In this document: piece after piece, positions 18,521 to 26,828 of the stretch
Position numbering within the stretch: the stretch's first letter is position 1
How the letters are laid out: each line of letters begins with the position of its first letter
IMG/VR virus record: IMGVR_UViG_3300049790_000015
Location: 1 to 61,221 of that record
Source: a virus
Taxonomy: Duplodnaviria > Caudoviricetes
Direction: 5' to 3' (one strand)
Length of the DNA: 61,221 nucleotides
Made by a program: the position numbers and the translations under genes
Notes under the pieces: model-generated
Told to the model about the DNA's origin: nothing
Seen by the model: only the letters and a program-made list of their open reading frames with translations
Databases searched by the model: none

Positions 18521-19378
18521 TCAGACGGTGGCGGCTTCCCACTCCGGGTCGGTCGCGACCAGACCGTGCCAGGTCAGGTCCCGATCGAGCCGGTTCTCGG
18601 TCAGCTGGCGAATGACCGCCTCGGCGCCGTCCTTCTCGACCCGCGTCTTCGCCTCCTCGACCAGCGCGGCGTACTGCTCGATCCGCGCGGTCGACACCAC
18701 CTCCTCCTTCGCGCCCTTGAGCAGGCGCGACGGGATCGCGGTCTCGTCCTTGAGCCAGCCCCGGGCGATCTGCTCGGCCAGCGCGTCGGTGCGGTCACCG
18801 GCCTGCGCCTCCGGGTCGGACGCGGTCTTCATGAGCTGGGACTTGAGCCGCGCGTCCGAGCCCGGCGCGAACTGGCCGCCGCGCGTGGCCAAGCCGGAGA
18901 AGTGGCAGACGCCCACCTTCGGCTTGGCCGACTGACGGGGCTTCCGCTCCTTGGGCTCCGTCACGGCGCCGTCGGTGTCGGTCATGAGTGTTTCCCTCCT
19001 GTCACGCCGGGCGTTCGCTCCGGCGGCTCGTGAAGCCAGCAGGCTCGCCATGAGCGGGCTGGTGCTTGCCTTGTTCTCTACGATCTCATCACACGCGATG
19101 GTGTCCACACAACGTCCCGTGCGAGACGAGACGTTACCCGGCTCGTTGCCGAGCGGCAGGTACTGAGAACACCGCGAGCACTTGTAACCGTGCTCGTGCT
19201 TGCAAGTCGGGCAGGTGCAGACCACGACATCGACTCGCCCACCCGGACGAGCCTGCGCGGTCAACCCCGGGCAGGACAGATGCCAGTTCTTCGCGCTCTG
19301 CGTCTGAATGCCGGTGAGCCGGCCAGCGTCCATGTCGTTCGCGATCCCACACGGACCGAACACGCGCCCAACGGCCAT
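18521..19378 (-). CDS. Cys-rich hypothetical protein (possible second in-frame start at 18985)
   Basis: N-terminal Cys clusters; GVCHFSG..GGQFAPGSD motif; internal AGGAGG RBS before MTDT. Confidence 0.7.
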   Translation of the reverse strand: MAVGRVFGPCGIANDMDAGRLTGIQTQSAKNWHLSCPGLTAQARPGGRVDVVVCTCPTCKHEHGYKCSRCSQYLPLGNEPGNVSSRTGRCVDTIACDEIVENKASTSPLMASLLASRAAGANARRDRRETLMTDTDGAVTEPKERKPRQSAKPKVGVCHFSGLATRGGQFAPGSDARLKSQLMKTASDPEAQAGDRTDALAEQIARGWLKDETAIPSRLLKGAKEEVVSTARIEQYAALVEEAKTRVEKDGAEAVIRQLTENRLDRDLTWHGLVATDPEWEAATV

Positions 19379-19407
19379 ATCGCCACTCTCCTCGGTGTCG
19401 TCGCTGT

Positions 19408-19445
19408 CTTGTCCCCATTAAATCACATCCGTGCCGCCGGGGCAA
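19408..19445 (-). promoter_or_regulatory. Family A promoter, abutting an inverted family B pair at 19451-19498
   Basis: TTGCCC-cggcGGCACGGatgtga-TTTAAT. Confidence 0.8.
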
Positions 19446-19516
19446 GACAGGCCGGACCATCCTGCGGTGGCGTTGCTCACCAGCAAGGATGGTCCGGCCT
19501 GCGATGGGTCTAGCGA

Positions 19517-20995
19517 CTAGAGCAGTTCGGCGTACTCGCGGGCAGGCAAGGCCCGGATTTGGTGGTCGGTCTTCGCCGCGATCGCGCCTTGCATGTTCGC
19601 GTCGATCCCGGGCGAGACGAGCCGCACCACGGTGACCGGGCGGGTCTGCCCCGGGCGGTGAAGCCGCCGCATCACCTGCAGGTTCTTGTCTGGCCGCCAG
19701 CTATGTTCGACGATAATCAGCATGTCGCCGGCCGTCAGGTTGAGCCCTTCGGCGACGGTGTCGACCTGGCCGACCATGACATCCAGCTCGCACGCCTGGA
19801 ACCGCTCCTTGGCGCGCTGCCGGTGCTTCTGGCTCGGGGTCCGGCCGCTGATCTCGACCCAGCGAAGGCCCATCTCGGTCAACCGCGCCTCGATCGCGTC
19901 CAGCGTGGACGTGAAGTGCGCCACGACCAGAGCCGGCCGGCTCCGGTTCTGCAGCAGCTCGCACATGACGTCGAGCTTACCCGAGCCGACCTTGCCGGTC
20001 TCGGAGATTGCCTCCAGCGCGGTACTGACCTTGCGCAGCTTGACCTGCAACCCGGGCTTCGACCAGGCCACGACCTTCTCGGCTGGCTCGTCCGGGTGCT
20101 CCTGTAGAACCGCGATCAGCTCCTTCTTGAGCTGGTCATAGGCGCGCTTCTGGGCGGGCACCATCGCGACCTCGTGCAGGTCATTCGCGCCGGTCAGCTC
20201 GGGCAGGTCGGTGAGCACGTCGTCGCGCAGACGCCGGAGCCACCGCGAGCCGAGTTCAGCTTCGCGGAATGCCGCCCAGTGCTCACACCCACCGGACAGC
20301 GGCCCGTCGCCCCAGTAGCACTCCTCGGTGCATGCCTTGAGCGTACCGTCGGTGTGGTACTCGGACAGGACGCGCCCGGTGTTCGAGGTGAGCGGCGTGA
20401 TCTCAAACCACTGGCCGACCCAACGCCAATACGAGCCAAGCGGACCGCCCGGTCGGTCGTCTTCGGGGCGGAGCATCCGCAGAAGCGTAAACAGCTCGTA
20501 CGCCCAGTTGGGGATCGGCGTGCCGGTGAGCAGCCAGGTGCGGTCCGCGTCAATCATGCGGGCGGCTTCGGTCCACTTGGCCTTGCGGTTCTTGAGGTAG
20601 TGCGCCTCGTCGAAAATCACCGTGTCCCAGTGGCCGAGATACGCGGGGTCGAGCCGCGCCTCGTAGGTGACCACGGTGCGGACACGCTGCACGCCGTTCG
20701 CGTCGAGGACGGGCGCATTGGTGGTCTTGTCGAACACCGGGCGCTTCTCGGTCACACGCTCGCGAAGGTCGTGATAGGAAGCCAATGTGGCGTCCAGCTC
20801 GGGGCGCCACTTCGCGATCTCGTCATGCCACGTGTGCATGTCGTGAATCATCGCAGGGGCCACAATCAGCGTGCGCCCCTCTGCGGCCAGCAGGGCCTGG
20901 CGGGACTTCCCAAGGCCCGGCTCGTCGCCGAGGAGCGCACGCGGATTGCGACGCAGGAACTCGATCCCGTCGTCTTGGTAAGCGTAGCTCGGCAT
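19517..20995 (-). CDS. SNF2-family helicase
   Basis: DEPGLGKS, DEAH, LTGTPIPN, EGLNL, RLHRPGQ. Confidence 0.9.
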   Translation of the reverse strand: MPSYAYQDDGIEFLRRNPRALLGDEPGLGKSRQALLAAEGRTLIVAPAMIHDMHTWHDEIAKWRPELDATLASYHDLRERVTEKRPVFDKTTNAPVLDANGVQRVRTVVTYEARLDPAYLGHWDTVIFDEAHYLKNRKAKWTEAARMIDADRTWLLTGTPIPNWAYELFTLLRMLRPEDDRPGGPLGSYWRWVGQWFEITPLTSNTGRVLSEYHTDGTLKACTEECYWGDGPLSGGCEHWAAFREAELGSRWLRRLRDDVLTDLPELTGANDLHEVAMVPAQKRAYDQLKKELIAVLQEHPDEPAEKVVAWSKPGLQVKLRKVSTALEAISETGKVGSGKLDVMCELLQNRSRPALVVAHFTSTLDAIEARLTEMGLRWVEISGRTPSQKHRQRAKERFQACELDVMVGQVDTVAEGLNLTAGDMLIIVEHSWRPDKNLQVMRRLHRPGQTRPVTVVRLVSPGIDANMQGAIAAKTDHQIRALPAREYAELL

Positions 20996-21031
20996 GTCTC
21001 GATTGAATCATCGGACTTGCCTCGCCGTCAA
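20996..21031 (-). promoter_or_regulatory. Promoter for a probably leaderless helicase mRNA
   Basis: TTGACG-N18-TTCAAT followed 7 nt later by ATG, no SD. Confidence 0.6.
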
Positions 21032-21333
21032 GCCCCCGTGGGGACCTCGACCGGGGGCTCCGACTCCAGCGACGGGTCTACTTCGACAGTGCCATCAGTT
21101 GCGGCGCGCTGCGAAAGCCGCGCCAGGTAGTCCCGTATGAGCTGCGAGAAATACAGCCCGAAGGACGCGCGCCCCTTGCCGTGTTCAGCGAGCAGAACCC
21201 CACCGTCGACACCGAACGCTTCCGCAATCCTCCGCATCGTGTCCGGCGACGGCAGGCGCTCACCCGAGCGAAGGCGGGACGCCATCGAGTGGTCGACCCC
21301 AATGAGGTCGCCGAGTGCCTGGTTCGTCATCAT
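21028..21333 (-). CDS. XRE-family helix-turn-helix regulator
   Basis: TNQALGDLIGVDHSMASRLRSGERLPS. Confidence 0.85.
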   Translation of the reverse strand: MMTNQALGDLIGVDHSMASRLRSGERLPSPDTMRRIAEAFGVDGGVLLAEHGKGRASFGLYFSQLIRDYLARLSQRAATDGTVEVDPSLESEPPVEVPTGA

Positions 21334-21369
21334 GCTCCCAGGTTAGCACTCGTCGTGCCCGCCAGTCAA
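21334..21369 (-). promoter_or_regulatory. Promoter for a probably leaderless HTH mRNA
   Basis: TTGACT-ggcgGGCACGacgagtgc-TAACCT followed 6 nt later by ATG. Confidence 0.6.
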
Positions 21370-21385
21370 TGTGGGGTCGGCTACG

Positions 21386-22330
21386 TCAGGTGCCGGAACC
21401 GCCGGTCTGGGTCGCGAGCTGCGCGAGCAGAGCCGCCGCGAGCTGAGCGTAGTCGATCTCCACCGACACGACCCCGCCGAGCGCGGTCACCTTCGCGTCC
21501 AGCGCCGCGACGTCGGCCGCCAGCGACCCGAGCGCCTCGTTCGCCTGCGCGACCGCGACCCCGACCAGACCGACCTGCTGGTTGCGAGCCACGCCGGAGT
21601 TGACGTCCGCGAGTGTCCGGACGAGTGAGATCAGGTACGGGAACTGCACGGAGAACTTGCTCGGGTTCAGTCCCGGTACCTGGTCGTCGCAACCCGCGAT
21701 CTCCGCGTCCGCACGGCCGAGATTGATGGCCACGTTAGATACCCCTCCTGCGCTGACGCCGAACCAGGCGCCTGTGTCGCCGGTTCGCACGTCGTTCTTG
21801 TCCACGGCGACGGACGCCACCGTGACTTGACCGAGCTGCTGAAACAGATCGGTCGCGGTGACTCGACCTCGCGACCATGCGGTGGTCTGCCACCGGTACT
21901 TGATCAGGTGGTTGGCGTACAGATCGTCGATGACGTCCGCCTCGCCGTACCCCCCGATATGGCTGAACCCGAGCACCGTCCCGATGCCCTGGAAATAGGC
22001 GCGGACCGTGGCCGCCTGGGTGGCCATGTCGATGTCACGATCGACCGCGAAATAGAGGCAGCCGGAGCCGTCCCAGCCGAGCCCCAGCGCCTGCTGCTTC
22101 GCGAACTGGGCGTCCGCGATTCCCGCGCTGAAACCGGACAGCGCCCGGTTGGCGCTGTCCTCGAACACGGCGTGGATCGCGAGCCCGCCCGCCCGATAGT
22201 CCTGGACCTCGGTTCGGTCGAGCGTCTTGGTGAGGTCGTGTGACAGGTACCGGGCGACGCCCGTGAATCCGGCCGCCTTGAGCGCCCGCGCGCCGGGTCG
22301 CCCCCAACCCCAGTCAGCCACTAGCGGCAT
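21386..22330 (-). CDS. Endolysin, DUF1906/Rv2525c-like glycoside hydrolase
   Basis: GVARYLS, VFE, LYFAVD, GGYGE, WQTTAWS motifs. Confidence 0.8.
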   Translation of the reverse strand: MPLVADWGWGRPGARALKAAGFTGVARYLSHDLTKTLDRTEVQDYRAGGLAIHAVFEDSANRALSGFSAGIADAQFAKQQALGLGWDGSGCLYFAVDRDIDMATQAATVRAYFQGIGTVLGFSHIGGYGEADVIDDLYANHLIKYRWQTTAWSRGRVTATDLFQQLGQVTVASVAVDKNDVRTGDTGAWFGVSAGGVSNVAINLGRADAEIAGCDDQVPGLNPSKFSVQFPYLISLVRTLADVNSGVARNQQVGLVGVAVAQANEALGSLAADVAALDAKVTALGGVVSVEIDYAQLAAALLAQLATQTGGSGT

Positions 22331-22907
22331 CGTCCCCTCCTTCGGTCGGCGTCACGGGGTCGCTGGGTGGGCAAACCACCGTGCCGCCTTCGCTGATGCA
22401 TGGCGTGCGGATCGTGGGATCCAAACACGCCGGGTTTGGGTGATTGATGTCGATCGGCGAGCAGGGGTCGGACGGCGTGCCGCTCGGGCTCGTCGACTCC
22501 GAGTCAAGCACGCTAGGCTCGGACGCTGGAACCTGCAGAGCCGGAACCTGCAGAGCCGGAACCCCCGGGACCGAAGTAGCGACGGTAGTACTCGACGAGG
22601 GCGCGGAAATGGTCGTTTCCGTCCCGGTCGACGGGGGCGCATAGGGGGGAGTCGAATTGAACATGGACTCGAACACTGGCGTAGTCGGAATGGACGAGCC
22701 CCCCGGGACCACCGTCATCGGCGGACTCGACATCGAGCCGCTCGTCAGCGCCAACAGCAGGGCACCCGCCCCCGCGAGCAGGCTCGCCCCGGTCGCTCCC
22801 ACAACCGCCGTCCAGTTCCGTGACCACCAGCCGTCCTCCTCGTCCGGTCGGGGGAATTCGAGCGTGTCCGCCACCGTGGGCGCCTTGCTGTGCCGGCCGG
22901 TACTCAC
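22314..22907 (-). CDS. Membrane protein with Ser/Pro/Thr-rich extracellular tail
   Basis: One TM helix; adjacent to the lysin. Confidence 0.6.
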   Translation of the reverse strand: MSTGRHSKAPTVADTLEFPRPDEEDGWWSRNWTAVVGATGASLLAGAGALLLALTSGSMSSPPMTVVPGGSSIPTTPVFESMFNSTPPYAPPSTGTETTISAPSSSTTVATSVPGVPALQVPALQVPASEPSVLDSESTSPSGTPSDPCSPIDINHPNPACLDPTIRTPCISEGGTVVCPPSDPVTPTEGGDDAASG

Positions 22908-23275
22908 ACTGCCGGACCATCCTGCTCAGCGCCAGGTCCCTCGTAGGAGAACTGCGCGCCGTGCAGTAGGTCGAACTCGGTGATGAGCCGCTCGTTGATC
23001 TCGGAAACAGCCGCGTCGACCCGCCGCTGGACCCACGCGGGCAGCGCCCCCGCCCCGGTGCCCTGGGCGCCCCCTCGTGTCGCGGGCTGGCCAGCGGGGT
23101 ACCGCGACGGGGGCATGGGGCGGGCAGGGCCGGTGCCCACGGCGCGCGCCCGGGCTGTCGACTGGCTGCCCACGTGCCGCACGGCGGCTGTCCCGAAGAT
23201 GTTGGCGTCGCACCGGCACGAGATGCACGCGCCCGCCTCCGGACACGGCCGGTCGTCACGCCCCGTAGTTGTCAC
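22904..23275 (-). CDS. Hypothetical protein
   Basis: AGGAGG RBS; ends in a family B repeat (QDGPAV-stop). Confidence 0.55.
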   Translation of the reverse strand: MTTTGRDDRPCPEAGACISCRCDANIFGTAAVRHVGSQSTARARAVGTGPARPMPPSRYPAGQPATRGGAQGTGAGALPAWVQRRVDAAVSEINERLITEFDLLHGAQFSYEGPGAEQDGPAV

Positions 23276-23291
23276 TTCCAGTTACCTCCTG

Positions 23292-23388
23292 TCACTCCCA
23301 GTAGCGTGTAGCCCGAGTACTATCGTCCATATGGCGGATCCCATACGCGCTATGAGACACCATACGGCAGCTAGTACTCGGCCTACAC
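23292..23388. repeat. Palindromic ~100-bp element, copy 1
   Basis: Inverted arms gtgtagcccgagtacta / tagtactcggcctacac around a core shared with 54727-54823. Confidence 0.8.
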
Positions 23389-23412
23389 CCTGACTCTCCG
23401 TATAATCTGCGA

Positions 23413-25752
23413 TCACTCGCCGTTGAACAGCGTTTCCTCGGGCAGCAACTCGAGGTTATTGTACGCTTTCCCCGAGTTATAGCGCTTGGAAACGAACCCC
23501 GCGCGCTGGAGCCGACCCGCGAACTTAGGCTCGGTGTCCGGGTCTTCGCCGAGCGCCTGGCACCACGCGCAGTAATCCAGGTAGACGATGCGCGCGGCCG
23601 TCCTCTTGCCAGGGGTGGTCCGCGTCCGCTCGCCCAGCCACCGCCCGATGTTGTCCTGGTCGAGCCGGTACTGTGCGGTCTCCTCCGCGATCGCGTCCGG
23701 CTCCGCGCCGAGCCCGGATTCGAGGTACATCCGGGCGCCTTCGACCAGCCAAGCCAAGATCCCGCGCTGCTCCTGTGGGGTCCCCAGCTTCTCGGCCAGG
23801 TGCTCGTCCTTCTCCGCGTCCGGGATCGTCACCCCCCACCGGATCGCGCGGATGCGGCGCCAGATGCCGTCATCAGTACCCCGGATATGGGGGAGGTGGT
23901 TCGTGTGCATGAACGCGGTGTGGGTCGGGCGGAACGTCCACTCGTCCTCGCGCATCCGCCGAGCCCGGATCGCGTCACCTCCGGTCAGGTTCTTGATCCC
24001 GTCCTCGTTCAGAAAGTCCCCCGCGCCGGTTTCGGCCGCGACCACCATACGCGCGCCAAACAGCGAGGCCAGGTGGGTCGGGTGGCTTTCGTGCCGCTGC
24101 GCGACGAGCAGGCTCTTGTGGGGGACGACGTAGTACGGGCCGAGTGCCATCTCGATGGCGCCGTAGAACTTCGACTTCCCGTTGCCGCCGTCACCGACGT
24201 TAATGAACAGGCGCTCCACCGGATACCCGGTGAGACCCGAGCCGAGCGCGCGCTGCAGGTAGGCGCGGACCGCCGGATCTGGCTGCCACCGCTCCACGCA
24301 CTTGAGCCATAGCGGCGCCTCGGCTTCCGGGTCGTAGTACACCGGAGCCTGCATGGTCAGGAGGTGGTCCGGGTTGTGGGGGATCAGCTCGCCGGTCCGT
24401 AGGTTGATCTCGCCGTTCTGGACGTTGAGCAGATGCGGGTGGTTGTCGAGCTGGTCGTGCTCGACCAGCGTCCGCGTGTCGCCTCGGGCCAGCGTCAACA
24501 TCGCGCCGATCGCGCCCTTGGTCTCGCTGCCGGTCGCGTGCTTCCAGATCAGCTTCCTGACATCGGGGTCGCCGTGGTCGGCCGCGAGCCGGAACAGCGC
24601 CCGGGGCACCTCCTTCGCGATCTCCGATGCGAGCGTCGAGCCGGGGTCCACCTTCCAGACCCCGCCGGAATAGACAGCCCACTTGCCCCAAATGCGGACA
24701 AACCGCATCCGAGGCTCGCCGATCGCGACCAGCCGCTGGGCGTTGCCGACGTCGGTCGGCCGGAAGCCGTCGGGGAGCGAGCCCAACTCCTTCTCGGATA
24801 GCTGGCGCCCGCGCTCCAACCCCCAATGCCGGCCGCTCTCGATGGTCGCCTCGATGCGGTACCGTGCCTCGGCGTCGCCCTTCTCCGCGTACATGCCCGC
24901 GTCGAGGGCCATCTTGATCAGCGCCTCGCGAGTCGGCTCGTCCGCGAGTTCGCCACCTGCCACCAGCTCGAAAATACGCTTGGCCGACGCGAACAGGGCG
25001 TTGTTCCACCCATGCTGCTCGCGCATTCTCGGCCAGTCGACTTCGATCTCGCGCTGCAGAACCGTGACCCCGCGTTCGGTGCCGACCTGGCCAGCGTCGT
25101 ACTTGATACCGGCCGCCTGGTCCGCGTCGTGGTCGTCGCGGGTGGGCTTGCGCAGCAGGAAGGCAACCCACGCATCTGGCAGGGTAGGCAGCCCCCCGGG
25201 CGTGGGCGCCGTGTCCAGGGCGGTACCGTCGGGGGCCAGCCAGCGGTACGCGGCGCCCGCCCCCTGGTGCCACGACGGGGCCACCACGGCGTATCGGTTC
25301 CCGGCGCAGATGACCTCGATGTCCTTGTGCGCCTTGGACACCCACGTCATGCCGTCGGGAACCCGGAAGAACCGGATGCCCGAGATGCCGTCGGTGCGGG
25401 CTGTCGAGATCGGCGTCTCGGGAAGCTCCCCGATCTCCGCCTCCAGCTCGGCGAGCTGGTCGTCTCCGTGCTTGTCGTCGTATGCGTCGACGTCGATCCC
25501 GATAACGTCGCTCGGCATCCGGAGCGCGACGTTCGCGTCAGGGAACCGCGAGGCCCACTGGGCGATCTCGGATTGCTTCGGGTACCGGCCGCTCTTCCCG
25601 TGGAACCCCGACACCAGCGGGGTCTTGTCGCGGGCTCGGATGGGGATCGGCGCCCATCCCTGGCCGAAGTAGGCGAGGGCTCCTCGCAAGTAGGGCTGCT
25701 GCACCTCAGTTGCCGGGATGGTCCGGCTTGTGGTACCGTTTACGGACGGCAC
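23413..25752 (-). CDS. Bifunctional primase/polymerase fused to D5/P4-family SF3 helicase
   Basis: Prim-pol IGIDVD, YAVVAPS; D5_N TDVGNAQRL, LNVQNG; Walker A GDGGNGKS; TNHLP. Confidence 0.9.
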   Translation of the reverse strand: MPSVNGTTSRTIPATEVQQPYLRGALAYFGQGWAPIPIRARDKTPLVSGFHGKSGRYPKQSEIAQWASRFPDANVALRMPSDVIGIDVDAYDDKHGDDQLAELEAEIGELPETPISTARTDGISGIRFFRVPDGMTWVSKAHKDIEVICAGNRYAVVAPSWHQGAGAAYRWLAPDGTALDTAPTPGGLPTLPDAWVAFLLRKPTRDDHDADQAAGIKYDAGQVGTERGVTVLQREIEVDWPRMREQHGWNNALFASAKRIFELVAGGELADEPTREALIKMALDAGMYAEKGDAEARYRIEATIESGRHWGLERGRQLSEKELGSLPDGFRPTDVGNAQRLVAIGEPRMRFVRIWGKWAVYSGGVWKVDPGSTLASEIAKEVPRALFRLAADHGDPDVRKLIWKHATGSETKGAIGAMLTLARGDTRTLVEHDQLDNHPHLLNVQNGEINLRTGELIPHNPDHLLTMQAPVYYDPEAEAPLWLKCVERWQPDPAVRAYLQRALGSGLTGYPVERLFINVGDGGNGKSKFYGAIEMALGPYYVVPHKSLLVAQRHESHPTHLASLFGARMVVAAETGAGDFLNEDGIKNLTGGDAIRARRMREDEWTFRPTHTAFMHTNHLPHIRGTDDGIWRRIRAIRWGVTIPDAEKDEHLAEKLGTPQEQRGILAWLVEGARMYLESGLGAEPDAIAEETAQYRLDQDNIGRWLGERTRTTPGKRTAARIVYLDYCAWCQALGEDPDTEPKFAGRLQRAGFVSKRYNSGKAYNNLELLPEETLFNGE

Positions 25753-25925
25753 TGATCCTCCGGAGTTGGGGTCAGGGCGCGAGGTTGCCGGGCGGATGTG
25801 GCAAAGGGCGTCGCAGCGCCTTCGTCCGCCCGGCAAACACCCAAGATCGCGCCTGTGGGCGTGCTACGTCCGACCAGTAGATCACGCCCTACACCCCGCA
25901 CGTCACCCCCGTTGGGACGCTGTTG

Positions 25926-26147
25926 CTACTCGGGTTCGGTGGCGAGCACCGTCGCGACCAGGTCGCCGGTCGCCACCTCGTAGATGAACACCGATCGCGT
26001 GGTGTCGTCCGCCGCGATAATCTCCGCGCATGTCTGCACGGATGGCGGGTCGAGGACCACGAAATCGGTCGATCCGTTCTGGTACACCCCCCGCTCGTCG
26101 TAGGTCAGTTCCGTGCCGCTGCATCGCAACACGACGTACAGTGTCAT
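25926..26147 (-). CDS. Small protein, tandem paralogue of 26155-26370
   Basis: Shared C.GT..TYD..G...NG and TRS.FIY....G.L...VLATE. Confidence 0.7.
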   Translation of the reverse strand: MTLYVVLRCSGTELTYDERGVYQNGSTDFVVLDPPSVQTCAEIIAADDTTRSVFIYEVATGDLVATVLATEPE

Positions 26148-26154
26148 TTCGCCC

Positions 26155-26370
26155 CTATTCTGTTGCGAGAACGCTGGTGATCAGCTCGCCGTTCTCGGCG
26201 TCGTAGATGAAAATCGACCGCGTCAGGTCGCCGCTAGCGATGAACGCGGCGTACGATTCCACTTCCAGCAGATCGAGGACCTTCAAAACGGCGGTCCCGT
26301 TGTCCATCTCGCCGTGGGCGTCGTAGGTGACGGCAGTCCCGCCGCAGTTGACCACGAAACAGAACGCCAT
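26155..26370 (-). CDS. Small protein, tandem paralogue of 25926-26147
   Basis: Same shared motifs as its paralogue. Confidence 0.7.
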   Translation of the reverse strand: MAFCFVVNCGGTAVTYDAHGEMDNGTAVLKVLDLLEVESYAAFIASGDLTRSIFIYDAENGELITSVLATE

Positions 26371-26381
26371 TTCTGTGTCTC

Positions 26382-26819
26382 CTATGTTGTGACTTCGAGA
26401 CTAGCCTTACACCAGATCTGGTCCGAGGTCGCCCATGTCCACGGCACCGTCGACGTCCAGAAGTTGGACACAGCGCCGTAGAACCGGTCGATCTGGGTGC
26501 CGCCTCCGGATTGCAGCAGGCCGATAGCCGGGATACCCGTCGGTCCGCTGTTGTCGAACGCGCCCGCCTGGATGATCTGTCGAGTTGACGCCCCCTCGCC
26601 GGAGAGGCCGCCCGGGACCGTAAGCCCGATCGTGCCCGTGACCGAAGTCGTGGAGCCGAACAGGATCTGGGCTCGGAACTCGATGGTGAACGAGCCGACG
26701 CGCCGGTACCGGCCACCGACGCTGCCGTTCCCGACCGTGATGTTGAGCCAGGTCGGAGTGAACGTGGTCCATGTGGTGTACGCATCCGACGCCCGGACGA
26801 TGTTTCCCGCGAGTACCAT
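26382..26819 (-). CDS. Minor tail / receptor-binding-like protein
   Basis: WTTFTPTW..ITVGNG..GRYRRVG beta-rich tail-fibre-like pattern; position after large tail gene. Confidence 0.65.
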   Translation of the reverse strand: MVLAGNIVRASDAYTTWTTFTPTWLNITVGNGSVGGRYRRVGSFTIEFRAQILFGSTTSVTGTIGLTVPGGLSGEGASTRQIIQAGAFDNSGPTGIPAIGLLQSGGGTQIDRFYGAVSNFWTSTVPWTWATSDQIWCKASLEVTT

Positions 26820-26828
26820 GTCCCCTCC

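Noticed and set aside
21028-21333. Integrative temperate lifestyle inferred from the XRE regulator
   Set aside because: No tyrosine or serine integrase, attP context or ParA/ParB was recognised, so lifestyle cannot be assigned.
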